Positions 26,201 to 36,372 of a stretch of 64,000 bases of DNA are shown in pieces. The DNA lies in contig MU008183.1 of the NCBI GenBank assembly GCA_010909165.1, forward strand, positions 930,001 through 994,000, in the 5' to 3' direction. The DNA is from Anthoceros angustus (taxonomy: Eukaryota > Plantae > Anthocerotophyta). Below the pieces are notes generated by a model. That model did no database searches. It was not told where the DNA came from and saw only the letters and a list, made by a program, of their open reading frames with translations. Both the position numbers and the translations under genes were made by a program. Position 1 is the stretch's first letter, and every line of letters begins with the position of its first letter.

Positions 26201-27001
26201 TATTATAAACAAGTCTTGACGCCTATATATGTATATATATACAAAGGAGGCATATAAGTACACTAATATAATAGTATAACGGATGGATGTGTACATATAT
26301 ATGTACACATACTTATACTTATGTCTTGAAGCCTATATACATATATATGTATACAAAGGATATGCAAAGGAGGTAAAATAGGAAGGAAGGACACCCCAGA
26401 GAGAGGTCCTTGTTACAATCATGTTGCAAGAGGAAGAGGGAAGAGTATAAAATGGTTGTGATAGGGGAGGTCCTTCACGGTCATGATGGAGGAGGAGAAG
26501 TGAAAGAGTATAAAAGGGTGTGATAAGGGGCAATAACTAGCGTGAGGTGAGAGGAGAGAGACCAAGCATTGTGTTAAGATGGGGTGAGAAGGTGGATAAG
26601 AAAAAAACACCAACACCAAGCCACCAAAAGTGTTGCAATTTTGAAGTGGTACATGAAGTGAGAGACCAAGCATTGTGTTAGGATGGTGGGAGAAGGAAGA
26701 GGAAAAATGGACCAACTTAACACCAAGCCATCAAAACATGTTGCAAGTTGGAAGTGTTACATAAAATTGCAACATGACTGTAACAAGGGCAGGTGGGAAA
26801 TTATTAACAATGCTTGTGAGATGGGGGGTGTACCCAGAAGGGTGAGGTGGGAAGAGAGAGTGCCAGGTTCGTGTTAAGATGGTTGTTCCAAACGGGGGCA
26901 GAACTGACAAACTTAATAGCCTCCAAAGCATGTTGCAATGTGGAAGTGTAACAAAAAATTGCAACATCGACTATAACATAAGCTGCCCTTTTCTAGTAGG
27001 G
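17274..27001. mobile_element. CACTA/CMC-like DNA transposon with CCCTA termini (second left end at 19841 due to duplication)
   Basis: TIR CCCTACTAGAAAAGGGCAGC(C/T)TATGTTA at both ends, 3-bp TSD GAT, dense subterminal TGTTGCAA/TGTTAAGAT motifs at 17330-17540 and 26410-26970. Confidence 0.88.
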
Positions 27002-27188
27002 GATACCGCGTTATTGTTGCAGATCGTTGTATCCTTGACTAACGCGAGTTCTGAGTCACTAAGCGGGCAAGACTTCCCCGGAGAGACTAATCCAGGTCCT
27101 GGTGACGGACCCTAACACGTCGTGGTGGTGTGTGTACAGGTGCGAAGGACCCCGGACCCCTGCTCCTCTTGGGTAGAAGTCCGACCCA

Positions 27189-27555
27189 CGGATCGGAAAG
27201 GAAGGTGATTAACCGCACCAAGGACGTGTAGCTCGGACAGAGGAGCTCGTGGACGAACGCTGAGGTCCGTGAGCCCACACATGCCCAACCGTGACCTCAA
27301 CCCAGATATTGAGTGGGTAAGAACGATAGGTGAGACGAGGTAGAGAGGGACATAGTAAGACGGATCGGAAAGGAAGGTGATTAACCGCACCAAGGACGCA
27401 GAGCTCGGACAGAGGAGCCTGGTGGACGAACGCGGAGGTCCGTAGCCCACACATGCCCAACCGTGACCCTCAACCGGTATATTGAGTGTGGGTAAGAACG
27501 ATAGGTGAGACGAGGTAGAGAGGGACATAGTAAGACGGATCGATAGGTTACGGAC
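27189..27555 (+). repeat. ~172-bp tandem repeat, 2 copies plus partial third
   Basis: ACGGATCGGAAAGGAAGGTGATTAACCGCACCAAGGACG at 27189 and 27360; ACGGATCG again at ~27535. Confidence 0.85.
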
Positions 27556-27779
27556 ATAAACGAGTCCCAAACGCTGGCCATCCGCCCGACGGAACGGTAG
27601 AGCAACCAGAGAGCGGACAACGCTATGACGTGGTTTCAGGTGGGTCGCCTCTCCAACGGTGGGGAGTGAGTAGAACAACAAGCTGCATAAATGAAACAAG
27701 TCATTCCCTTGGGAACGGACCCCATACTTCAACGACACGGGATTGGTGCGCGCCCGGCTGGCCGTCAGCGAAAGTTGCG

Positions 27780-29830
27780 CCTCAATAGCCTACAAGAACT
27801 CCGTATGTAACTTAAAACCACATCTGATCATAAATGGTTGGTGAAGTGGATCAAGATTTATGCAATGCTGCACAATTACATGTTAAGAAAACATGATTGC
27901 TGGACACTCGAAGACATGCGGATTTCTCCTGAAGAATCTGATCTTGCTCAAGAAGATTATAAGTGAGACTGATGCTCGTCCTGCTAGAAAAGAACTGCAA
28001 GAATCCATCATGCATAGAGTATTGGAATTTCATAGGTGTCTTTGCATAGAATTCCAATTCCATCATCCTTTTTCTTGGTTCATTTTGGTATCCTTTGCTA
28101 GTTTCTCTAAAGGACTTTAATGGTTATTCAATCTAAAAATACTCATCCGATGAGAATAATCTACATGCCGTTGTGTTCAGCTTGTTGAGATCTACACGAC
28201 CATGTATTTCAAAGTTTTTTTTTTCATATCCAAATACTTCAAGAATTGAATAAAAAGTTTCAAAGTCTGGTATCCTTTGCTAGTTTTTAGATAGAACGAG
28301 AAGCTTATTCGAGTTTGTGCCGCTCACTCTCAAATATAACTTGAATTCTTGAACTCTTGTTGGCCGCTTCCAACTCCTGCTGATGCATATCAAGACTAGC
28401 TCGACGTAGTAGATCTATTGATCTCTCCACTTGGCAGATGCTTGCAACATGTCCCTACAAAATTCTAGACTTGCCTTTGAATTCTCGGCATATTGAGCAG
28501 CCAAGTTTCCTTTCCACTTGTGGTTGTTGTCTTGATCAGCTGCCACCTTCTGTTTAGGGAAATGAGATTGTCTCAAATTGGAGGTGGTTGGTGGAGAAGC
28601 TAGGGAGGGAGTAGCTGCTAGGGAGGGAGGAGTTGCTGGGGAGGGAGGAGGTGCTGGGGAATGAGGAGTCTGGTTAGGGTGTCCATGAGGAGGAGGTAAT
28701 TGGGACTGAGCTTCCTCCTCCTCTTGGTGTTGTGGGAAAGGAGTTGTTGAAAACCCTACAACATCGTGAATTTTTTCATCTCCTCCGCAAAGGACAAGTA
28801 GCCAAACAAAACATGCATCATAAAAGTAGGTTAGCACAAATTCTTGAAGCAAAAAATGGAAGGAGCTAGTCTTACACAAGCAATCCGCATGAATACTATA
28901 TTGGTCAAAGACCAAATATGCAACCCTCTGCCATTCTTGACCATGGGTTGCCAGGACATTTTATCTAACTTGTCATCGAGGATGAGACCTTGAGCTGCTT
29001 CCTTGGCAATCAATCCTCCCCCAATATCATGCTGCAAAGCGTAAGCTTTTTTGAAGTTGTCCAGGCAGCTTCCAACACGTTTCGACAAGTGCAGTCCATC
29101 CATCACTAGAAAGTCAAATTGTTTCAAGACGGTAGCCATGACCGCAAAAGTTGTCTTCTTAGAGTACATGCGGGCCCCTATGCGGGTCTTCTTAGCTTCA
29201 CCAAACAAAGCGCTGAAATTCTCCGGCTCTTCAAGGTCATCCTAACTGAGAGCATAATGTTCTTTTTTGAGTTCATGGAATCCGATGTTGCTTAGAGGAG
29301 GAGTGCAAGTCCCCTTGGCTGCAGCATATGTGCTGCCCGCAATGATAATTGCAGAGAGGACCGTACCATAGTTTTAGTTTATGTGAAGGAGGATACCAAG
29401 AAGAGAAATAACAAAAACAAGAGGATTTAGCCTGAAGAACTGGTCCCGGGTGTAGACGCTTGGTTGAAGAGCACCGGTGAATTTGAAATTCTAATTCCGA
29501 GGTTCGGTCACACCCGAGTCCGTCGCTCAAACATGAAGATACAGCAGCACACCCGACTTGCCATGGGATTCAACTCTTCTCTAACTTTGCGCGTTTCGAG
29601 TTCTTGGCCGTCCGCTCCCGTCAACTCGGACGCCTATGCACGATCGGATACGACCTAACTCGTGGTAGGTTTGAGCCCCATATTACACCCGGGTCAGTTC
29701 GCTCGAAAATCAAGATAAATCAGTTCGCCCGAGTCTCGCTTCAGATGGGATTTTCGACTCTTCTCTAACTTTGCGGGTGAGTTAGGTCGTATACGGTCGC
29801 GTATAGTCGTCCTACTTGAGCCGTAATATA
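27780..29830 (-). mobile_element. PIF/Harbinger-like remnant (ORF2-like protein plus weak transposase N-terminus)
   Basis: LEEPENFSALFGEAKKT..KKAY..GGGL..GLILDDKLDKM resembles Harbinger-associated second ORFs; short inverted and direct repeats at 29565-29795. Confidence 0.45.
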
Positions 29831-30089
29831 TTTTAATCTTTTGGCCCTCTGTCTCTTCCTCTTTGATGGTGAGAGAGCCCTCTACATATAAGGAAGAAGA
29901 AGAAGAAAAGGAAAAATCTATTACAGTCCACTTGGATGGAGGGGAAGATGTTAAGATAAACACCCTCCTAGTCCTAGCCCTTGACTGTTGAGCATGGAGG
30001 GGAAGATGAATGAGAAACACTCTCAAGGGTTACAGGACTCATGAAGTGACTTTTTGGATGGACTTCAACAAACTGGTGGGTTTTGTAGC

Positions 30090-33000
30090 ATGACAGAGAG
30101 TGCTCCTCTTCCCGTTTGGCTGACTTCGAGGAATGGATTGTTGGCAAACAACGAATCTGCGAGTTGCAAGACATTTGCACCAAAGCCAGCCCGCCCAAGA
30201 GGGGCTCTGTCTGGGCACGGATCGTCCAGCAGATCGTGGAGCCTGCCTGAGGATCCTGACCTTGGCGGATATGCAGGATTTGGAAGTGGGGTGACGGCTG
30301 AAACCGTGAGCAACTTGTGCTATCAGGGGCAGCTGAGTCAGGCTGTTGAGGCTTTGGGAGTTCTGGTTCAGTGCGGCTGTTGGGTGTCCGAATCACTCTT
30401 TTGCACTGTGGTGAAGAAATGTATAGTCAAGAAAAATCTTGTTGTGGGTCGCCGGGTCCATGCTTTCACGGTGAAGAAGGGGTACCAGTCGGATACGTTC
30501 TTGGGCAACCACATTCTGCGAATGTATGCTTCTCAGGGCAGGTTGGAAGACGCGATGAATGTGTTTGCAGTGGTTGCTGTGCCAGATGCTTTCACGTGGT
30601 CTGCCGTAATTTCTGCCCATGTTAAACATGGGCAAGACAAGCGGGCTGTAGAACTGTATCATCGAATGCGGAGGTCAAGTGTGAAGGCAGATGCCCATGT
30701 GCTGGTTGCAGCCCTTCAGGCTTGTGCAAGGGGATCAGACCTGGAAACTGGGCAGACGGTGCATGCTGACGCGTTGGCCTTTGGCCTTGAGCGGGATCTG
30801 TTTGTCTGTAACTCCTTGGTGAACATGTATGCGAAGTGTGGCAGCTTGGAAGATGCTCGGAGAGTGTTTGACGGGCTTGGTCAAAAGGATGTGGTGACGT
30901 GGACTGCTCTGATTGCAGGATATTCGCAGCAGGGCCTGGGGCAGGAAGCTCTTCGTCTTTACAGTGTTATGCAAGAAGAAGGCACGGCTGTACCCAATTC
31001 GGTTACATTTGTGTCTCTGTTGCAGGCATGCGCCAGTGTGGGCCCTCTGGCTTTGGAGAAGGGGAAGGAGCTCCATGCACGGATTAGAGAACAAGGATAT
31101 CAAGCTGATGTGTATGTGGCGAACAGTTTGGTGAACATGTATGCAAAGTGTGGCAGCTTGGAACATGCTCAGAGGGTGTTTGACGGACTTAGTCACAAAG
31201 ATGTGGTGGCCTGGAACGCCATGATAGCAGGCTATTCCCAACAGGGCATGGGACAGGAAGCCCTTAGTCTGTACACTGTCATGCAAGAACAGGGAATCGC
31301 TTTTCCAAGTTCTGTGACCTTTGTGTGTCTCCTGCAGGCCTGCGCAAGTGTGGGCACCCTGGTGTTGGAGACAGGGAAGAAGCTTCATGTTCAAATTAGA
31401 GAACAAGGACATCATCATGATGTGTTCGTAGCCAACAGTTTGGTGAACATGTATGCAAAATGTGGCAGCTTGGAAGATGCCCAGAAAGTGTTTGATGAAC
31501 TTGGACATAAGGATGTGGTGACTTGGAATGCCATAATAGCAGGATATGCACATCAGGGTATGGGCCATAAAGCCTTTAGTCTCTACAGTGCGATGCTAGG
31601 AGAAGGGATGGCTGTACCCAACTCCGTGACGTATCTGGTTCTCCTCCAGGCATGTGCAAGTTTAGGCATCTCGGCTTTGGAGAAGGGGAGGCAGCTTCAT
31701 TCTGAAGTTAGAGAACAAGGACATCAGGATGATATGTTTGTAGCCAACAGTTTGGTTAACATGTATGCCAAGTGTGGCAGCTTGGAAGATGCTCAGAGAG
31801 TGTTTGACGGACTTGGGCAAAAAGATGTGGTGTCGTGGACTACTTTAGTAGCTGGGTATTCCCAACAGGGTATGGGCCAGGAAGCCCTTTGTCTCTACAG
31901 TGCTATGCAAGAAGAAGGCATTGCTGTACCCAACTCCGTGACATATGTGTGCCTTTTGCAGGCTTGTGCAAGTGTGGGGACACCGGCTTTGGAGACGGGG
32001 AAGCAGCTTCATGCGCAAATCAGACAACGAGGATATCAAGCTGATGTCTTTGTAGCCAACAGTTTGGTGAACATGTATGCAAAGTGTGGTAGCTTGGAAG
32101 ATGCTCAGACAGTGTTTGATGGACTTGGTCAAAAAGATGTAGTGACATGGAATGCCATGATAGCAGGGTGTTCCCAGCACGGCATGGGGCAGGCAGCTCT
32201 TCGCCTCTATGGTGCTATGCTAGAAGAAGGCATCATCGCCCCCAATTCTGTGACGTATGTCTGTCTCTTGCAGGCATGTGCAACTGTGGGGGTATCAGCT
32301 TTGGAGAATGGGAAGCAGCTTCATGCAGAAATTAGAGAACGGGGACATCAAGATGATGTGTTTGTAGCCAACAGTTTGCTGAACATGTATGCAAAGTGTG
32401 GCAGCATGGAAGATGCCCAGAGAATATTCGACGGACTCAGTGAAAAGGATGTGGTGACATGGAATGCCATTATAGCAGGGTATGCACAGCAGGGCATGGG
32501 GCAGGAAGCCCTTCGTCTGTTCAGCACTATGCGTACAGAAGGCACCTGGACACCCGATTCGGTGACCTTCGTGTGTCTTCTCCAGGCATGTGCAAGTATT
32601 GGTACTTTGGCTTTGGAGAAGGGGAAAGGGCTTCATGAGCAAATTAGAGAACTAGGATACCAAGCTGATATGATGGTAGCCAATAGTCTGGTAAACATGT
32701 ACGCAAAGTGTGGCAGCTTGGAAGATGCTAGGAGAGTGTTTGAGGGACTCGATGAAAAGGATCTGGTGACATGGACTGCAGTAATTGCAGGATATTCCCA
32801 GCAGGGCATGGGTCAGGAAGCTCTCCGTCTCTACAGTATGATGAAAGAAGAAGGCATGGCTGTACCCGATTCTGTGACATTTGGGTGCCTCCTGCAGGCA
32901 TGTGCGAATGTGGCAGCGCTGCATCTTGGAAGGGAGCTGCATGCGCAGATTGAAGAAGAAGGGCTTGAAAATGATTTGATTGTAGCTGGCAGTTTGATAA

Positions 33001-33881
33001 ACATGTACGGCAAGTCAGGGGCCATGAAAGATGCACAGCAGGTGTTTGATGCATTGCCCCAAAGAGACGCGGGCACCTGGAATGCACTCATTGCAGGCTA
33101 CAGTTGTCAAGGAGACAGTGAATTGGTCTTTGACTTGGTGCAGAGAATGCTAGAGGATGGGATACAGCCAGTGGCCATCACTTTCCTTAGTATACTAACA
33201 GTATGCAGCCATGCAGGTCTAGTGATCAAGGGGAGAGAGTACTTTGAGGCTATGAGTAGGCAGTACGGCATCACTCCTGATGTTGAGCATTACACATGCA
33301 TGGTGGACCTCCTGGGGCGGGCAGGCCACCTGGACGAGGCACTAGACGTGCTTAGGACAATGCCTGTAGTGCCCAACGCTGCGGTTTGGTGCACTCTGTT
33401 AGGTGCTTGTCGAAATTGGGGCAACGTAGATATAGGGCGCTATGCTTTCGACCAAGCAGTGAAGCTAGACAACGAAGTTGCTGCAGCACATGTGTTGATG
33501 TCGAATATATACACCGGTGCTCAGATGTGGGAGCAAGCACGTATTGTGCAGGAGAGGAGGATGAGCATCAAGGCCTGGAAGCAGCCGGGTCAGAGCTGGT
33601 GGACAGACAAGGACGGACTCGTCCATAGTTTCTTGGTTGGGGATGAGAAGCATCCCAAGAGGGAAGCAAGGCGGAGCCAGGAGTCCTCCAAAATGAGGCA
33701 ACAAGGATTTCTTCCACATCTCGACTCGTTGGGGGCAGACAAACCAAATGATACAAGAGCAGACGCTTTGTTTCCAATCCCAGTAAAGATCGTGCACAAT
33801 CTGCTTTGTGCTGAATCTCATACTGCCACGAAGTGGCCTGAGCATGCTGCACTGTCAAATCATGATGTCAAGTATCGTTGA
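30090..33881 (+). CDS. PLS-class pentatricopeptide repeat protein (~29 motifs)-E1-E2 with degenerate WW-type DYW domain; putative organellar RNA-editing specificity factor, 1263 aa
   Basis: Uninterrupted ORF; repeated NSLVNMYAKCGSLEDA / VVTWNAxIAGY / SVTFVCLLQAC; P2-L2-S2 (CSHAGLV, HYTCMVDLLGRAG), E1/E2, PG box PGQSWW; first in-frame ATG at 30090. Confidence 0.95.
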   Translation: MTESAPLPVWLTSRNGLLANNESASCKTFAPKPARPRGALSGHGSSSRSWSLPEDPDLGGYAGFGSGVTAETVSNLCYQGQLSQAVEALGVLVQCGCWVSESLFCTVVKKCIVKKNLVVGRRVHAFTVKKGYQSDTFLGNHILRMYASQGRLEDAMNVFAVVAVPDAFTWSAVISAHVKHGQDKRAVELYHRMRRSSVKADAHVLVAALQACARGSDLETGQTVHADALAFGLERDLFVCNSLVNMYAKCGSLEDARRVFDGLGQKDVVTWTALIAGYSQQGLGQEALRLYSVMQEEGTAVPNSVTFVSLLQACASVGPLALEKGKELHARIREQGYQADVYVANSLVNMYAKCGSLEHAQRVFDGLSHKDVVAWNAMIAGYSQQGMGQEALSLYTVMQEQGIAFPSSVTFVCLLQACASVGTLVLETGKKLHVQIREQGHHHDVFVANSLVNMYAKCGSLEDAQKVFDELGHKDVVTWNAIIAGYAHQGMGHKAFSLYSAMLGEGMAVPNSVTYLVLLQACASLGISALEKGRQLHSEVREQGHQDDMFVANSLVNMYAKCGSLEDAQRVFDGLGQKDVVSWTTLVAGYSQQGMGQEALCLYSAMQEEGIAVPNSVTYVCLLQACASVGTPALETGKQLHAQIRQRGYQADVFVANSLVNMYAKCGSLEDAQTVFDGLGQKDVVTWNAMIAGCSQHGMGQAALRLYGAMLEEGIIAPNSVTYVCLLQACATVGVSALENGKQLHAEIRERGHQDDVFVANSLLNMYAKCGSMEDAQRIFDGLSEKDVVTWNAIIAGYAQQGMGQEALRLFSTMRTEGTWTPDSVTFVCLLQACASIGTLALEKGKGLHEQIRELGYQADMMVANSLVNMYAKCGSLEDARRVFEGLDEKDLVTWTAVIAGYSQQGMGQEALRLYSMMKEEGMAVPDSVTFGCLLQACANVAALHLGRELHAQIEEEGLENDLIVAGSLINMYGKSGAMKDAQQVFDALPQRDAGTWNALIAGYSCQGDSELVFDLVQRMLEDGIQPVAITFLSILTVCSHAGLVIKGREYFEAMSRQYGITPDVEHYTCMVDLLGRAGHLDEALDVLRTMPVVPNAAVWCTLLGACRNWGNVDIGRYAFDQAVKLDNEVAAAHVLMSNIYTGAQMWEQARIVQERRMSIKAWKQPGQSWWTDKDGLVHSFLVGDEKHPKREARRSQESSKMRQQGFLPHLDSLGADKPNDTRADALFPIPVKIVHNLLCAESHTATKWPEHAALSNHDVKYR

Positions 33882-33931
33882 GAGATGAATCGGGCATACG
33901 CAAGTCATCCAGAAGTGGAGTTCCAGTGTAG

Positions 33932-34572
33932 TTAATGACGTTCGCGACACGAACAAGATCCTTCCATTCAGTAGTAGACTCGATGTGTATCGCGCACTGA
34001 AACCTCTCGTTTGTTAAGCCAACACATGATCTTGCGGCTACAGTGACAGTCATTGCACATGCGAGGGTTTATCACAACTGGCAAAGACGTGCTAACCGGT
34101 GTGTTTGGCAGACCATTTGCCAAGGCCAGTTTCTCGTCATGTCCACTCAAGGCACCCTCCTTCTCCAGCTCAGACACTGCCTTAATACCAACAGAGCTTG
34201 TGGCAAGTTCTCCTTCCTCCTCCATCCTCATTGACGAGATGTCAGACTATCGTCCCTGCTGTGAACTCGTGCACCTCGTCCTTGACTTCAATGCAAGATT
34301 TCGTTGCCTTTTTTATTGCCCCAGCTGACTTTCTCAAGCTTTCTATCCTATCGACATCATCCCACCTGTCTGCATTGGCATTGATGTTCCCCAACAGCAC
34401 AATACGCACTGCCATTTCCAGGTTCCGACTCTACGAGATGCTCGAAGCATCCCTGTCCAAGTTCTACATCGCCATCGCTTTCGCTTTCGCTCAGCAGACA
34501 CCAAGCCCCTGCTCGAGCCTGCCTGAAGAGGGCACACGAGGCTGACATGATGGCCCGCCGTGATACCCTCAT
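33932..34572 (-). pseudogene. PPR-less E1-E2-DYW module of KP/DRH type, two frameshifts and one in-frame stop
   Basis: Manual translation: WCLLS..GDVELGQGCFE..SAY/VLLGNINANADRWDDVDRIESLRKSAGAIKKATKSCIEVKDEVHEFTAG/..EKEGALSGHDEKLALANGL..RMCNDCH..VRDTHRVYY*MEGSCSCRERH*. Confidence 0.88.
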
Positions 34573-34874
34573 CTTGCCTACAAAGCTAGGGCTTCTCGCC
34601 CAAATCGCCGCTTAGGATAACCTGGATGGGTCGTAGTAGTGCAACTCACCACGACTCTCTTGGGCAGGCTGTAGAACACCATTCTCGCATCATTGCATCC
34701 AGTTGCACCTGATGGGTTCATTAGCAAAGCTTGTAGGGTTGTGTGTGTATAAATCAGGTGAGACTTCGGGCCATTAAGCTGTGCTTAGCTATGCTCCCTA
34801 CTCCAAGATGTGTGTCCAAATGGCTTTCCTCAAACGGACACAAGTGTTATAAGAACGTGGCTGTGAAGCATCCT

Positions 34875-35050
34875 ACTTAGATGGGGTGCTTAGAGGGAGT
34901 GGGTGCCCTTGGTGCTAGTAGTTTAGGCAAACTGCTTCGATCGTCACTTAGATGGGGTGTCTAGATGGAGCGGATGCTATTGGTGCTAGTAGCTTAGCCA
35001 CACCATGGTACTAAGATGGGGAGCTTAGAGGGAATGGATGCCCTTGGTGC
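34875..35050. repeat. ~70-bp tandem repeat x3
   Basis: AGATGGGGTGCTTAGAGGGAGTGGGTGCCCTTGGTGC variants three times. Confidence 0.8.
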
Positions 35051-35763
35051 AAATTGGTATACACCATTGTACAAATTGTGAGTACCAAGGGAATGTTTTC
35101 CTATCCAAGTGGATTATAATAGACTTCTTCTTCTTCTACTCAAGAATCCATCTTGTGTGAGTGAGTGATGAACATCTCGGATGAGAAATCCATTGTCTTT
35201 TCATGCAAGCTTCCAATACTTAGGGCCTCTACGGAGCTGTTACCACCATAAACATCGTGTTGGTGGATTCATTTGGGAGTAGGTATCCGAACTCCTGACC
35301 CGACCGTGTAGTTCGACATCCAACTCGGGTTAGACAAGTGAGGGGCCTGTCACGGAGTCTATCCTCTCACCACCTCGTCTCCCCCCTCACCTCGGAGCAC
35401 CTCCTGGACAATGAATGGCCCTCGCGCAACGCCCGTTTTTTAGGATAGCCGGGTCATTCTGCTTGTCATGGTGGAGTTCCTTGGTCGTTTCTGTTGAAGC
35501 CAGATTGTGCTGATCCTTACTGTGTGCGTGCTGGGTTGCTTCCTGCTACGCCGCCCTTTCCTTCCCTGTAATTCTCCTCTGATTTGCTTCACATGCAATC
35601 GTTGCTTCTACATCTAGATGTTTTCCTCAGTTGTGGGCACTGAGCTGTGTGAGTGAAATTTGAGACAGCGGTGGTGTCCAGCTTCTGCCTCCCCCCTCCC
35701 CCCCACCACCACTGTTGCGGGCTTTCTTCTTGGAAGGATCACGGACTGTTGTCTAGGTTTTTG

Positions 35764-36372
35764 ATGGCAGACAGCCATGGTCATCCGGGGAGTCCCGACA
35801 GCGGTCCTCATTCTGACAACGAATCGGGAGGTGGTCATTATGGTGGAGGCCACGATTCCTCCATCCGGGAGCAGGACCGTTTTCTTCCCATCGCAAATGT
35901 GAGCAGAATTATGAAGAAGGCGCTGCCAGCAAACGCCAAAATTTCCAAGGACGCCAAAGAGACCGTGCAGGAGTGCGTGTCCGAGTTCATCAGCTTCATC
36001 ACAGGAGAGGCTTCCGACAAGTGCTTGAGGGAGAAGAGGAAAACCATCAACGGCGATGACTTATTGTGGGCTATGACCACGCTGGGCTTCGAGGATTATG
36101 TGGAGCCCTTGAAGGTTTACTTGCACAAGTACAGGGAAATGGAGGGGGAAAAGGCATCCATGGCCAAGCAAGGGGACCAGTCAGTAGTGAAGGACGGCAG
36201 CTCCGGGGCCGGAGGCATGGGTGTCGGAATGGGTGGGCTTAACGGAGGGATGCCCTCTGGCATGCACATGATGCAACAGCAGTACCCCCAGCAGCAGGGT
36301 GGTTTGATGTATGGCCAGATGATGCCGTATCAGATGGGTATGTCAGGCCCAGGCCAACCGCGGGCTATGTGA
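35764..36372 (+). CDS. NF-YB: Nuclear factor Y subunit B (non-LEC1, NF-YB2/3-like), intronless, 202 aa
   Basis: [53 protein letters not shown] histone-fold core; ATG at 35764. Confidence 0.96.
   Translation: MADSHGHPGSPDSGPHSDNESGGGHYGGGHDSSIREQDRFLPIANVSRIMKKALPANAKISKDAKETVQECVSEFISFITGEASDKCLREKRKTINGDDLLWAMTTLGFEDYVEPLKVYLHKYREMEGEKASMAKQGDQSVVKDGSSGAGGMGVGMGGLNGGMPSGMHMMQQQYPQQQGGLMYGQMMPYQMGMSGPGQPRAM

Larger units (their letters stand above)
16800..27117 (+). repeat. Short (~235 bp) LTR split by nested MITE and CACTA-like insertions
   Basis: Starts TGTTAGGG (16800), ends CCCTAACA (27117); contiguous once the two TSD-bounded inserts are removed. Confidence 0.6.

Noticed and set aside
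27189-27555. Repeat arrays as possible CRISPR (also 34875-35050, 49933-49998)
   Set aside because: Contiguous tandem units without unique spacers, eukaryotic context, no cas genes.
30054-30089. ORF-track starts at 30054 (also 35653, 44326, 51675)
   Set aside because: Non-ATG or intronic starts; replaced with the first plausible ATG or a spliced start.
30393-33845. Repeated antisense and alternative-frame ORFs within the PPR gene
   Set aside because: By-products of the 312-nt periodic coding repeat.
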